Notes under the pieces: generated by a model | Database searches by the model: none | Told to the model about the DNA's origin: nothing | Seen by the model: the letters and a program-made list of their open reading frames with translations, nothing else | In this document: positions 20,840-31,746 of the stretch, piece after piece | How positions within the stretch are numbered: the stretch's first letter is position 1 | Layout of the letters: each line of letters opens with the position of its first letter | Position numbers and translations under genes: made by a program | From: an uncultured Verrucomicrobiae bacterium | Lineage (GTDB): Bacteria; Verrucomicrobiota; Verrucomicrobiia; Limisphaerales; Palsa-1400 | Direction of reading: 5' to 3' | Assembly (NCBI GenBank): GCA_963764165.1 | Contig: CAVXRD010000002.1 | Coordinates: 992,001-1,056,000, forward strand | Length of the DNA stretch: 64,000 nucleotides

Positions 20840-22560
20840 AGATTGGGATCCTCAGCCGTGTCCTGCGCGGCAATGGGAAGCTTGAGCACGAATGTCGCCC
20901 CCGTGCCGGGGCCGTCGCTGACAGCCGTCAGGCTCCCTCCCATTTCGCGGGCCGCCAGGGCGCCGCTGTGCAGCGCGAAGCCGTGGCCGTTCCTGCGGGT
21001 GGTGAAGCCGTGCTCAAAAATGCGCGTCATATTCTTGGGCGCAATGCCGCAGCCGTTGTCTTTGACGTAGAGCATCACCATGCCCTCGCCGCCCGGCCCG
21101 ATTCCAAGCGTGATTGTTTTGTCGTCACTCTTCCGGTCTTCCAATGCGTACTTCGCATTGCGGATGAGGTTGACCAGAATCTGCAGCACTTTGTGTTTGT
21201 CAACTAGAATCATGGGCACGGGCGCAAACTCGCGAACCAGATGGATGCGATGGCGCTCGCACGCCCCGGCGTTGAGCCGCAGGGAATCCTCCATCAGGTC
21301 CGTCGGATTCAACATTTCGCGGACGCCCGCCACTTTGGCGTAGGCTTGCTGCATCGCGACAATTTCTTTGATATGATCGATATTGGCCCGGAGCGAGGCC
21401 AGCTCCCGCAGCACCTCCTGCTGCTCCGCAGCCAGGCTGGCGGCAAGCGCCCCGAGATACTCCGGCAGCTTGGCGCCCTTGGGGTCCTTGGTCAGAAACT
21501 CCGGCAAATCGGTCTCGTGCTCGCGAAACATGCCCGCCACCCGGCTGAGATTCGAAATCTTGGAATGCTGTATCTTCTCGGCCACCACCGACGCCGAGAT
21601 ATTGACGCTGTTTAGAACGTTGCCGACGTTGTGGAGAACGGTCGTGGCGACTTCCGCCATGCCCGCGAGCCGGGAGGTTTCAATCAGCTTCCGGTTCACC
21701 TGCTCTAATTTGACCTCGGCCTCCTTGATGAAGGTGACATCCTTGGAAACGCCAAACGTCCCGATGATTTTTCCATCCGGGCCGCGCCACGGCATTTTCG
21801 TGGAAACCACCCAGCGAAGGCGGCCGTCGGGGCGGACGCTTTTTTCGAGTTTGCCGGGGATGGCTTCGCCGGTGCGGATGATTCTCTGCTCATCTTCGAA
21901 GGCGTCACGGGCGCGTTCTTCGCTGAAGGTGTCGAAATCGGTCTTGCCGAGGAGGAATTCGCCAAATACGGCCGGATTGGCCAGATGCTTCGGAAGCTCC
22001 GCGCCGCCTGCGGTGTCATAACCCGCCCGCACGAAATCCAGCGTGCTCTCCACCTTGGAACGGCTGACACGGATGAAACGCGACTCGAGATCCTTGAAGT
22101 ATATAAAGTCCGGCGAATTGTCCAAAAGCGTCGTCAAAAGATCACGCTGATAAGCCAGGTTCGTTTCCGTCTGCTTGAGGTCGGTGATGTCTTTGTTGAC
22201 CCCAAAGGTTCCTATGATCTGGCCGGCCGTGTTGAAAAGCGGCATTTTGGACGTCAGCGCCCAGCGCTCGGTGCCGTCCTTGAGAACTTCCCGCTCTACC
22301 TGGTCCTTGAATCCCTGCCCAGTTTGCATGATGCGCTGCTCATCCTCAAACGCGCGGCGCGCGTGAACTTCATCGAAAAAATCGAAGTCCGTCTTCCCCA
22401 AAAAATCATTCAGGGTCAATCCAAAACGCGCGTAAACGGCTGGGCTGCAGCGCAGGAATCGCGACTGGCGATCTTTGAAATAGATGAAATCCGAGGAATG
22501 GCCCAGCAGCGCTTGGAGAAACTCATGGTCGTTGCCCCAAGCGGGGTTTGAGTCATTCAT
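20836..22560 (-). CDS. Cytoplasmic PAS-PAS histidine kinase
   Basis: Two similar PAS units (DFIYFKD..SRF, GKTDFD), VLHNVGNVLN, NLIRNA, FEHGFTTR, GHGFALH. Confidence 0.92.
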   Translation of the reverse strand: MNDSNPAWGNDHEFLQALLGHSSDFIYFKDRQSRFLRCSPAVYARFGLTLNDFLGKTDFDFFDEVHARRAFEDEQRIMQTGQGFKDQVEREVLKDGTERWALTSKMPLFNTAGQIIGTFGVNKDITDLKQTETNLAYQRDLLTTLLDNSPDFIYFKDLESRFIRVSRSKVESTLDFVRAGYDTAGGAELPKHLANPAVFGEFLLGKTDFDTFSEERARDAFEDEQRIIRTGEAIPGKLEKSVRPDGRLRWVVSTKMPWRGPDGKIIGTFGVSKDVTFIKEAEVKLEQVNRKLIETSRLAGMAEVATTVLHNVGNVLNSVNISASVVAEKIQHSKISNLSRVAGMFREHETDLPEFLTKDPKGAKLPEYLGALAASLAAEQQEVLRELASLRANIDHIKEIVAMQQAYAKVAGVREMLNPTDLMEDSLRLNAGACERHRIHLVREFAPVPMILVDKHKVLQILVNLIRNAKYALEDRKSDDKTITLGIGPGGEGMVMLYVKDNGCGIAPKNMTRIFEHGFTTRRNGHGFALHSGALAAREMGGSLTAVSDGPGTGATFVLKLPIAAQDTAEDPNL

Positions 22561-22938
22561 GCCTTCCACCCCGGCCCCATGTTCTTGGGTTTTATCCACG
22601 TGATACTTAGGATATAGTGTCAATACCCCGCCTGTTTGCAAGCTAATTCCAGCCTAGGGGGGGAGGCTGGCGCTGCCCCGTTATCGGCTGTCTGGACCAA
22701 AGACTTGAATGATTTCGGAAACGCTGTCAGGACCGATAATTATCAATTTTTGGAGAAAAACTGAGGGAAATTGAATCTTGAACGACCAAACTCGCAAAAG
22801 AGGCCCCCTGAAACGATCCAAGCGGATTGGGAGCGCGGCCGCCCTAGTCGTCCAATCCTGAGTTCTTGAGTAAATTCGGCGTTGACTTGGCAGGCGGGGA
22901 GTTTCAATTTCCTCACAGCCGTGCAGCGGCTCAAACCC

Positions 22939-23929
22939 ATGAATAGCACCGAAGCCATGTTTTCCAATAAAGCCCCGTCGACCTCGGGAGCAAAAGATGT
23001 GTTGGTTCACGTTGACGATTACACCCAGCCCACAGGCTGGGTGAACCCGGCAGACGCGGCCAGCCGCTCCCGTGAATGCTGCGCGCAATTGGAAGCGGGC
23101 AAAGTGCTTTGCTTCGAACGCATACCGTATCTTTTCCCACGCGAGAACCAGGAATTCCTGCTGTCGCAGCGCCAGACCGAATCGCGCCTGCACAAAAATG
23201 TCTCTTATCGACCGGCACAGGACATTTTGCGCGGCGCGGCCGGCGATGCCGTGGAAACGACCCGCCTGCACGACGTCATGCGGAAATATTTCGGCGGAAG
23301 TGGCGCTCTTCATCAAGCAGCTGCTCGCGCCTTACGCGGGCGAAATGGCGCTCGATTACGCCAGCTTCCGCCCCGAAGAGGAAAAAGGCCGCGACCTGCC
23401 GGTTCACAAGCGCAACGATTTGCTGCATTGCGATTCCTTCCCGACCCGCCCGATGAACGGCCGCCGGATTTTGCGCTGCTTCACAAACATCAACCCCACC
23501 GCCCCGCGCGTCTGGCACACGACCGAGGATTTCTCCAAACTCGCTTCAAAGTATGCGGAAAAGGCGGGGCTGGCCGGGTTCGCAGCCAAGGGAAGCCCCA
23601 AGGCCAATCCGCTGGTGAAGAGCATCAAGAAAGCGCTCGGCCTCAAGGCGGTGGATCATTCGGCCTATGACCGTTTCATGCTCCGTTTTCACGATTACTT
23701 GAAGGAAAATGGAGATTTTCAGGAGAACTGCCCCAAGACACGCCTTGAATTTCAACCCGGCTGGACTTGGATTTGTTACACCGATTCCGTGGCCCACGCG
23801 GTTTTGTCCGGCAGATTTGCGCTGGAGCAGACGTTTATCATCTCGGTCAATTCGCTGGTAACGCCGGAGAAAGCGCCAATCCGAATCCTAGAGAAGCTCG
23901 CTGGCAAATCACTGGCGCGCGCCGCTTGA
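22939..23929 (+). CDS. Kdo hydroxylase family (KdoO-like), frameshifted at ~23290
   Basis: HKNVSYRP in the first frame; ASFRP.EE.GR, KRNDLLHCDSFPTRP, RILRCFTNINP, YDRFMLRFHD.LK, TDSVAHAVLSGRFALEQTF in the second frame. Confidence 0.82.
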
Positions 23930-24002
23930 GAATCTTTGTCAGGCACCGATGTAACATAACCGTAACAATCCTGATTGACGGCTATGCTATTATTGGGAGC
24001 GA

Positions 24003-27000
24003 ATGCTAAACCATCTCGTTTCCTGCGCAAGGCGCCGCATTTTTTGCCGGGTCCATTTTACTGAGGCACTCATTTTCTTCAGTTTTGCCGTCCTGATTTT
24101 TGGCCTATCCGCCGCAAAAGCGGCGACGAACATGATGCCGATCAGCCTGACCGGCTGGAATGCCGATGTCGTCATCGAGGCGGCTGCCGCAGGTCCGCCC
24201 TTTAACAGTTACGCCTCGGAAGTGAATGCGGGCGAAGGAAATGCATATTATCAAACAGGGCTGCCGCAATACGCCTGGGGCATGCCCCCTTCGGGAACCC
24301 TTGCCAGCCTGGTTGGCGACCGGACCATATTTCAATTGCAGCCGTATACGGCCAATAACGCCCTCGTCCTTAGCCCCGACACAGGGCTGACCAATGGCAC
24401 GCTTTATTTGACAAATCCGGCGACTTACGCGCGTCTGGCGGTCCTGGCGAATTCAGCCAACGGCACCAATCAAACAGGGTCGGTCACGCTTAATTTCAGC
24501 GACGGAACGGCGGTGACCAACACGCTTTTCGCGCCGGATTGGATGAACGGCACGGTCAATGTCGCATGGTTTGGGCCGGGCCGCGTCAATTTGAGCAGCG
24601 GCGCGGACACGACCGGGCCCGAGAATCCCTGCTTTTACCAGACCACCATCAACGTCCTCGCTCTGACGGGCGGCACGAACAAAACGCTCCGCAGCCTGAC
24701 GTTCGGCAAGGCCCAGGCCAATTCGACTTTGATTTACGCCGTGAGCGGATTGCTCGCGGGCAGCACGCCACCCGGCGGGACGCCCGTCGCGGTCACTGGC
24801 TGGAATCGGGACATCATGATTGAAAACACCGCCAGTGGGCCGCCCTACGGGAATTACGCGCTGGAATTTAATCCCACCGAGGGGACCGCCTTCTACCAAT
24901 CTGGCCTGCCCGGCACCACTTACGGATTGCCGCGCAATGGCGCATTCGCCAGCGCGGTGGATTCGACGCTGTTTCAATTGCAGCCTTACACTGCCAGCAA
25001 TGCGCTGGTGATGAGCTCGGAAACGGGAATTGCGCAAGGAACGCTGACGCTCGTGGCGCCAGCGATCTACAACAGCATTGATATTCTCGCCAATTCCGCG
25101 GGCGGCGGCGGGACGCCGATGGCCACGATTTACTTTTCCGACGGCACGAGCCTGACGAATGCCTTCAATGCGCAAGACTGGTTCCTGGGATCACCGGAGA
25201 CGGCGCTGCAAGGCTTCGACCGCATCGTCATGCAATCCGGGGTGACGCAGGGCGGCCCGGTCAATCCGCAGTTTTACCAGACCACCGTCGATCTTGTCGA
25301 ACGGCTGGGAGCCGGCAACAAACCGATTTCGAGCATCACCTTCAATCAGGCAGCCGGCGCGGGCGCGACTGGCATTTACGCCTTGAGCGGCGTCCTTGCG
25401 AACCAAACCAATGGAAATTATTCGCTGCCGGTGGCGTCCATGGATGCGGCTTCGGGAATCTCCCCGCGCTCCGCCACGCTGACCGGGACGGTGACGGCGA
25501 CTGGCGGGGCCGCCCCGGAAATTATTATTTACTACGGCACGGCGGACGGCGGCACGAATGCCAGCGCGTGGGCCGCGAGCGAATTTCTCGGATTTCAATC
25601 CGGCAATTATTCCCTGCCGCTGGCCGGATTGTCTGTCAATACAACTTATTATTACCGCGCCATCGCGATTAATCCGGCAGGAGCGAGTTGGTCGGCGTCG
25701 TCGCAGAGCTTCGTGACAGCGTCAGCTTCCGACCCGGCGGTGACCAACATACCGGCATTCAACGTCGGAGCGGTGTCGGCGATTCTCTCGGGAATGGTAA
25801 CTTCCACCGGCGGCGATGCGCCTGCCGTCACGTTGTATTACGGCCTGTCCAACGGCGGAACAACCGCCGGCTCGTGGGCGAATAGCTTCACTCTGCCAGG
25901 CGTGCAGAGCGGCGTCTTTGCCGAGGCGGTGGCCGGACTCGCTCCGAATACAACCTATTATTTTACAGCCCAGGCATCCAATGCGGCCGGCACAGTGTGG
26001 GGTTCGCCGGTTCAAAGTTTTACCACTGCCTCCAACGCCATTTCGCAGACAAATCTCTTCGCCGTCCTCACGGGCCGCGACGACAACGCGCGAACGGGCC
26101 AGAATACGAATGAAACGATCCTGACTCCGGCCAATGTGAATTCAAACAGCTTTGGCAAACTGTTTTCCTATGGGTTGGATGGTTACATGATGGCGCAGCC
26201 GCTCATCCTGCCGAACGTGAACATTCCCGGGAAGGGCGTCCACAATCTCGTCATCGCCGCCACCGAGCACGACAGTGTTTACGCGTTTGATGCCGACAGC
26301 AACGCCGGTCCTAACGCCCAGCCGCTCTGGCACACCAGCTTCATCGATCCCGCCGCGGGAATTTCGCCGCTCCAATCGGCGATCGATCTGCAAGCGAGCA
26401 CATCACCGAGCTTTTACGGGCCGGAAGTCGGCATTCCCGGGACGCCGGCGATTGATGCGGTGACGGGAACCGTTTATGTCGTGGCCAAGACGAAGGAGAT
26501 TTCGGGAGGCACGTCGAATTTTGTGCATCGCCTGCACGCGCTGGACGTTTCGACCGGGGCGGAAAAATTTGGCGGGCCGGTTGTCATTGACGGGACGGTG
26601 TTCGGAGTGGGAGATGGTCTTTCGCCGCTGGATACGGTTCCGTTCTCGTCCTACAAGCACATGAATCGACCGGCGCTGCTCTTGCAGAACGGAGTTCTTA
26701 CGGTGACGTTCACCTCGCACCAGGATTTTCCGCCGTACCACGGATGGGTCTTCACTTACAACGCTTACACCTTGCAACAAACCGGTGTCTATAACACGAC
26801 TCCCAACGGTTCGGCGGGTGGTCTCTGGCAGGCGTCGAGCGGCCCCGCGGCGGACGCGAATGGGAATATTTATTTTGAAACCGGCAACGGAACTTTCGAC
26901 GCTGACAATCAAAATTATGGCGACAGCGTGGTTAAACTTTCGACGGCGGGCGGCGGATTGGATTTTGTGGATTATTTCACGCCCTACAACCAACTCATGC

Positions 27001-28694
27001 TCAATCTCCAGGACCTGGACATCGGCTCCGCCGGGTTGATGCTGCTGCCGGATTCCGCCGGGAGCGCGGCGCACCCGCATTTGCTGGTGGCGGGAAGCAA
27101 GTCTGGCGTTTTCTGGCTGCTGGATCGCGATAACCTCGGGCAATTCAACCCCTCCGGCGACACGCAAATCGTGCAGGAAATTTCCGGCGAGACGGGCGGC
27201 ATGTGGGTGACACCGGCGTATTTTAATGGCGCGATTTATTATTCCGCCACTGGCGATTATGCCAAGGAGTTCGCCATTTCCAACGGGGTGATCAACACGG
27301 CGCCATTGAGCACCTCGACAGTAAAAATTGGCTATCCAGGCTCCTCCCTGATGATCTCGGCCAACGGCACGAGCAATGCGATTGTTTGGGGAATGGAAAC
27401 CGGGGCCAACCGAAGCGGGCCTGTCGTGCTGCACGCCTACAATGCGACGAATCTCGCCAATCAGCTTTACACCAGCAGCCAAAACCTGGCCCGCGACAAT
27501 CCAGGACTCGCTGTAAAATACACGATGCCGGCGATTGCCAATGGCAAAGTGTACGTGGGGACGGCCAATTATCTTTCGGTGTTCGGCAACATCAGTTTTC
27601 TTCCTCCGCCGGTATTTTCGCCCGCGGCGGGAGTGTTCACCAATTCCGTCACCGTTTCGCTTTCAGCGTCAAATACAACATCCATTTATTACACCCTGGA
27701 CGGCAGCGTGCCGACCACCAATTCGGCGCATTACACCGCCCCGTTGGTGATCTCCAACACAATGACGGTTCAAGCCATCGCGGCGATTGCGGGCCAGATT
27801 AACAGCCCGGTCTCGACCGCCCGCTTCATCAACAGCGCCTCGCTCAGCCCATATGAATCAGCCGTGGTCGCGGCCGGGCCGCTCGGATATTGGCCCTTGA
27901 ATGAAACAGCCGGGTCAACCGCATTCGATATCGCGGGTGGCCATAATGGAACTTATATCGGCAACGTCACGCTTGGCCAGCCCGGCATTCCCGGTGAAGG
28001 ATTTGGCTCGGCTGATTATTCCGCGCTCTTCGATGGGGCAAGTGGTTACGTCGATATTCCGCCGGGGCCGTTTAATATCACCGGCGCCGTGACGGCGATG
28101 CTTTGGGTCAATGTGCCGTCGACTCCCACCCATTTTTCAGGAATGTTCGGGCATGGGGACGCTTCGTGGCGCACGAGCATCAACGGCAGCGGCCAGCCCG
28201 GGGCCGCCGACGGCGCAGCCCCGGATGCCACAAGCGCAAGTTCGATTGTCGGAAGCGGCTGGCATCTCGTCGCATATTCTTACACGGGCGCTGCGGGCGT
28301 TACAAACAGCGGCTCGCTCTATGTCGATGGCGTGTTGGTGGCTAACAACACCGTAACGACACCGGCGGGGAGCGCGATGGATGTTTGGATTGGCGGCTCG
28401 CCGGATTATGGCACGCAGCGGCTGCTGGCCGGAAGCGTGGCCAACGCGGCAATCTTCACCCGCGCGCTGACGCAAGCGCAGATTCAATCGATCTTTCACG
28501 CGAGTTCCATGGCGCTCACCGTCCCGCTGAATATTTCACGCGCCGCCGGTGGAAATATCCTTTTGACATGGCCGCAAGGAATTCTGCTGGAGTCCACCAA
28601 TCTCATCGGCCCGTGGACGACGAACAGCGCCACCTCGCCTTACATCGTCGCGCCAACTAATTCGCAGACGTTTTTCAAACTGTCGGTGAATTAA
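24003..28694 (+). CDS. Large secreted multidomain protein (duplicated N-terminal domain, two FnIII-like repeats, beta-propeller-like region, FN3-associated domain, LamG-like domain)
   Basis: 1563 aa; duplicated TGWN.D...FQLQPYTA.NALV...FYQTT unit; TYYY/TYYF repeats; ATEHDSVYAFDA, LHALD.STG.EK; YYTLDGS.PT; YWPLNE...WHLVA...LYVDG. Confidence 0.88.
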   Translation: MLNHLVSCARRRIFCRVHFTEALIFFSFAVLIFGLSAAKAATNMMPISLTGWNADVVIEAAAAGPPFNSYASEVNAGEGNAYYQTGLPQYAWGMPPSGTLASLVGDRTIFQLQPYTANNALVLSPDTGLTNGTLYLTNPATYARLAVLANSANGTNQTGSVTLNFSDGTAVTNTLFAPDWMNGTVNVAWFGPGRVNLSSGADTTGPENPCFYQTTINVLALTGGTNKTLRSLTFGKAQANSTLIYAVSGLLAGSTPPGGTPVAVTGWNRDIMIENTASGPPYGNYALEFNPTEGTAFYQSGLPGTTYGLPRNGAFASAVDSTLFQLQPYTASNALVMSSETGIAQGTLTLVAPAIYNSIDILANSAGGGGTPMATIYFSDGTSLTNAFNAQDWFLGSPETALQGFDRIVMQSGVTQGGPVNPQFYQTTVDLVERLGAGNKPISSITFNQAAGAGATGIYALSGVLANQTNGNYSLPVASMDAASGISPRSATLTGTVTATGGAAPEIIIYYGTADGGTNASAWAASEFLGFQSGNYSLPLAGLSVNTTYYYRAIAINPAGASWSASSQSFVTASASDPAVTNIPAFNVGAVSAILSGMVTSTGGDAPAVTLYYGLSNGGTTAGSWANSFTLPGVQSGVFAEAVAGLAPNTTYYFTAQASNAAGTVWGSPVQSFTTASNAISQTNLFAVLTGRDDNARTGQNTNETILTPANVNSNSFGKLFSYGLDGYMMAQPLILPNVNIPGKGVHNLVIAATEHDSVYAFDADSNAGPNAQPLWHTSFIDPAAGISPLQSAIDLQASTSPSFYGPEVGIPGTPAIDAVTGTVYVVAKTKEISGGTSNFVHRLHALDVSTGAEKFGGPVVIDGTVFGVGDGLSPLDTVPFSSYKHMNRPALLLQNGVLTVTFTSHQDFPPYHGWVFTYNAYTLQQTGVYNTTPNGSAGGLWQASSGPAADANGNIYFETGNGTFDADNQNYGDSVVKLSTAGGGLDFVDYFTPYNQLMLNLQDLDIGSAGLMLLPDSAGSAAHPHLLVAGSKSGVFWLLDRDNLGQFNPSGDTQIVQEISGETGGMWVTPAYFNGAIYYSATGDYAKEFAISNGVINTAPLSTSTVKIGYPGSSLMISANGTSNAIVWGMETGANRSGPVVLHAYNATNLANQLYTSSQNLARDNPGLAVKYTMPAIANGKVYVGTANYLSVFGNISFLPPPVFSPAAGVFTNSVTVSLSASNTTSIYYTLDGSVPTTNSAHYTAPLVISNTMTVQAIAAIAGQINSPVSTARFINSASLSPYESAVVAAGPLGYWPLNETAGSTAFDIAGGHNGTYIGNVTLGQPGIPGEGFGSADYSALFDGASGYVDIPPGPFNITGAVTAMLWVNVPSTPTHFSGMFGHGDASWRTSINGSGQPGAADGAAPDATSASSIVGSGWHLVAYSYTGAAGVTNSGSLYVDGVLVANNTVTTPAGSAMDVWIGGSPDYGTQRLLAGSVANAAIFTRALTQAQIQSIFHASSMALTVPLNISRAAGGNILLTWPQGILLESTNLIGPWTTNSATSPYIVAPTNSQTFFKLSVN

Positions 28695-28699
28695 CGGAA

Positions 28700-29689
28700 T
28701 CAAGCCGCCGGCCCGAAATGCTGCCCCCACTTAGGGGCCAGTTCCTGTCCGCGAGTCCGCAATTGGTCTCTTTCCGCAAGGGCCAGGGGCGAATAACGTT
28801 TCGCCCATTCGACGCTCTTAAGGACTTCCTCGGTCCCGTAAAAACCGATCACCGCGGCGGTGACGCCCTCAATTCCGAGGCTGTAACGCATCGCGCTTTC
28901 GAGCATGGCCGGGTCGATTTTGGAAGGGCCGCGCTGCGTGTAGCCGCCAGTGGCGTGGCCGCCGTAAACCTTCATGGCGAGGATGCCGCAATTGTGCTTG
29001 CGGGCGACCGGCAGGATTTGCTCCTCGAAATGATATTGGTGGTAGTCAACAAAATTGAGCGCCACCATGATGACATCCACCTCTCCGCTATCGATCACCG
29101 GCGCAAAGCGCGGAACGCGGTTGTGCCCGGTGACGCCGACGAACCGGGCCAGCCCCTTTTCCTTCATCTTCTTGACAAACTCAAGCGGTCCGCCCGGCGC
29201 CATCACATGGGCGGGATCGCTGTCGCCAATGCTGTGGACATGAAGCAAATCGACGTGTGAAGTCTTCATTAATCGCAGGGAGGCTTCAAATTGCTGCTGC
29301 ATTTCGGCGGCGGCCTCGCGCGGATTTTCCTTGGACGAAAGCGCCTTGGTGGTGAGAAAAATTTTGTCGCGATAGCGCGGCACGACATCGCCCAGATACA
29401 GCTCCGCCTCGTCGTAGGCATGGGCGGTGTCAACGTAATTGACGCCCGCGTCCAGCGCCGCTTCATAAACCTTTGCAGCAGGTCCGGCCCCTGCTTTGCT
29501 TAATCCCATCGGCGCCGTGCCGAGACCGAGGACGGTAATCTTCTCGCCAGTCCGCCCGAGCACGCGCAGCGGAATGCCCGCGGAATTCTTCCCCGCGTCC
29601 GCATTCATGGCATTGATGAGATTCGGGGAAGCAACAGCGGCGGCCCCAGCCACGGCACTGACGTTCCGCAAAAATGTGCGTCGATTCAT
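28700..29689 (-). CDS. Aldo/keto reductase with Tat signal
   Basis: MNRRTFL Tat motif; LGRTG, GVNYVDTA..Y, FLTTK, DLLHVH, GVTGH, AMK. Confidence 0.9.
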   Translation of the reverse strand: MNRRTFLRNVSAVAGAAAVASPNLINAMNADAGKNSAGIPLRVLGRTGEKITVLGLGTAPMGLSKAGAGPAAKVYEAALDAGVNYVDTAHAYDEAELYLGDVVPRYRDKIFLTTKALSSKENPREAAAEMQQQFEASLRLMKTSHVDLLHVHSIGDSDPAHVMAPGGPLEFVKKMKEKGLARFVGVTGHNRVPRFAPVIDSGEVDVIMVALNFVDYHQYHFEEQILPVARKHNCGILAMKVYGGHATGGYTQRGPSKIDPAMLESAMRYSLGIEGVTAAVIGFYGTEEVLKSVEWAKRYSPLALAERDQLRTRGQELAPKWGQHFGPAA

Positions 29690-29877
29690 CGGGGCATTAG
29701 ACGAAGGTAATGGAACGAAATTCAGTTCAAACGCTAGGCGAAGGATCAATTTCAAGCGCCAATTAAATCGGAGCGAGCCAAATCTGAGCCCATGGTGTGG
29801 AGAAGCGCAGACCAATTCAGATTAGTGCTCTGCCGAAATCCTCGCATTCGCGCGGTGTTGCGCTACATTGCGCGGCG

Positions 29878-31746
29878 ATGGTTTCGGCGGAAAAATCATG
29901 GCTCGAAATGCTGAAGCGCTACTTCGGCTTCACTTCCTTTCGCCCGCTCCAGGCCGAAATTATTGGTGACACGCTGGCCGGGAAGGACGTGTTTGCATTG
30001 CTTCCCACCGGTGGTGGAAAATCACTCTGTTTTCAATTGCCAGCCCTTATCCGGCCTGGCTTGACCGTTGTCGTTTCGCCTTTGATTGCGCTGATGAAGG
30101 ATCAAGTCGATGCGATGCAGGCGGCGGGCGTGGCCGCGACGTATCTGAACTCCACTCTTTCAGCCGACGAATCAAGGACGCGTTTGCGCGGGTTGCACCA
30201 GCAGCAATATCGCCTGCTTTACGTCGCGCCGGAGCGTCTCATGCTGTCAGGATCGCTCGATGACCTGCAGCGTTGGAATGTCAGCATGATCGCGGTGGAC
30301 GAAGCCCATTGCATCAGCGAGTGGGGCCACGATTTTCGACCGGAATACCGCCAGCTTGCCGAATTGCGCGGCCACTTTCCAAACGTCCCCATGATGGCTC
30401 TTACCGCTACGGCGACTGAGCGCGTGCGGTCCGATGTCATTAATCTTCTGCAATTGCGCGAACCGAGTTGTTACGTCGCCAGCTTCAATCGGCCAAACTT
30501 GTCGTATCGCGTGGTGCCGCGGGCCAAGCCGACCGATCAGGTCTTGAAATTTCTGCGAGACCGCCGCCGTGACAGCGGCATTATTTACTGCCATAGCCGG
30601 AAGGGAACCGAGACGCTGTCCCAATTTTTGGCGGAGCACGGTGTTCCCGCCCGTCCCTATCACGCGGGGCTCAGCCCGAAGGAGCGCAACGACAACCAGG
30701 ATTTATTCCTGCGCGATGAAGTTCGCGTGATCTGCGCCACCATCGCCTTTGGGATGGGCATCAACAAGCCGAATGTCCGCTTCGTCATCCATTACGACTT
30801 GCCGAAGAACATCGAAGGCTACTACCAGGAAACCGGGCGCGCTGGCCGCGACGGTTTGCCGAGCGAATGTGTCTTGTTATTCAGCGCCGGCGACGTCGTC
30901 AAGCAACAGCGGTTCATCGAGGAAAAATCGCCGGAGGAGCAAGTCCACGCCCGGCAGCAGCTCCAGCAAATTGTCCATTACGCAGAGTCCGGCCAATGCC
31001 GGCGCGTGGAATTGCTGCGGTATTTCGGCGAGACGTTCGCCGCGGATAATTGCAACGGTTGCGACAATTGCCTCACGCCCCGCGCGACTTTCGACGGCAC
31101 GGTGGCTGCGCAAAAATTCTTGTCGTGCGTTTATCGGATCCAGCAGCGCAGCCATTTTGATACGGGGTTGAACCACGTTGTGGAAGTTCTTACCGGCGCG
31201 GACACAGACAAAATTCGCAATTGGGGCCACGACCAGCTTACCACTTACGGCATTGGCCGCGAGCATACGCGGCCCGAATGGCAGGCGCTCGGGCGGGAAT
31301 TGATCCGGCTCGGATATTTGCGGCAAGCCCCCGGCAAATTCAGCACCGTAAGCGTGACACCGGAAGGTTTCGCCGCGCTGCGCGAACGGAAAAAAATCGT
31401 CCTGACCACGCCTATGACGCCTGCCGCCGCGCCCGAGAAAGCGCCACGCACCGGAGCCATCAGTTGCGACGAGGCGCTTTTCGAGCGCCTGCGCCAGCTC
31501 CGCAAAACCCTCGCCGACGAGCGCTCCGTACCCGCCTACATCGTGTTTTCGGATGTCGCCCTGCGTCAGATGGCCCGCTACTACCCGGCCACGGACGAGG
31601 AATTCTCGCGCATCAGCGGAGTGGGCGAAAAGAAACTGGCCGAATTCGGAAAGGTGTTTCTTGAAGAAATCGCCACTCACCTCCGAGCCAATCCCCGCCA
31701 AATGTTCGCCGAGGAATCATTCCAGCCGCCCGGAAGACGGGCCTAA
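29878..31746 (+). CDS. recQ: ATP-dependent DNA helicase RecQ
   Basis: PTGGGKS, DEAHC, TATA, ATIAFGMG, YYQETGRAGRDG, Zn-binding C..CDNC, RQC and HRDC domains. Confidence 0.97.
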   Translation: MVSAEKSWLEMLKRYFGFTSFRPLQAEIIGDTLAGKDVFALLPTGGGKSLCFQLPALIRPGLTVVVSPLIALMKDQVDAMQAAGVAATYLNSTLSADESRTRLRGLHQQQYRLLYVAPERLMLSGSLDDLQRWNVSMIAVDEAHCISEWGHDFRPEYRQLAELRGHFPNVPMMALTATATERVRSDVINLLQLREPSCYVASFNRPNLSYRVVPRAKPTDQVLKFLRDRRRDSGIIYCHSRKGTETLSQFLAEHGVPARPYHAGLSPKERNDNQDLFLRDEVRVICATIAFGMGINKPNVRFVIHYDLPKNIEGYYQETGRAGRDGLPSECVLLFSAGDVVKQQRFIEEKSPEEQVHARQQLQQIVHYAESGQCRRVELLRYFGETFAADNCNGCDNCLTPRATFDGTVAAQKFLSCVYRIQQRSHFDTGLNHVVEVLTGADTDKIRNWGHDQLTTYGIGREHTRPEWQALGRELIRLGYLRQAPGKFSTVSVTPEGFAALRERKKIVLTTPMTPAAAPEKAPRTGAISCDEALFERLRQLRKTLADERSVPAYIVFSDVALRQMARYYPATDEEFSRISGVGEKKLAEFGKVFLEEIATHLRANPRQMFAEESFQPPGRRA

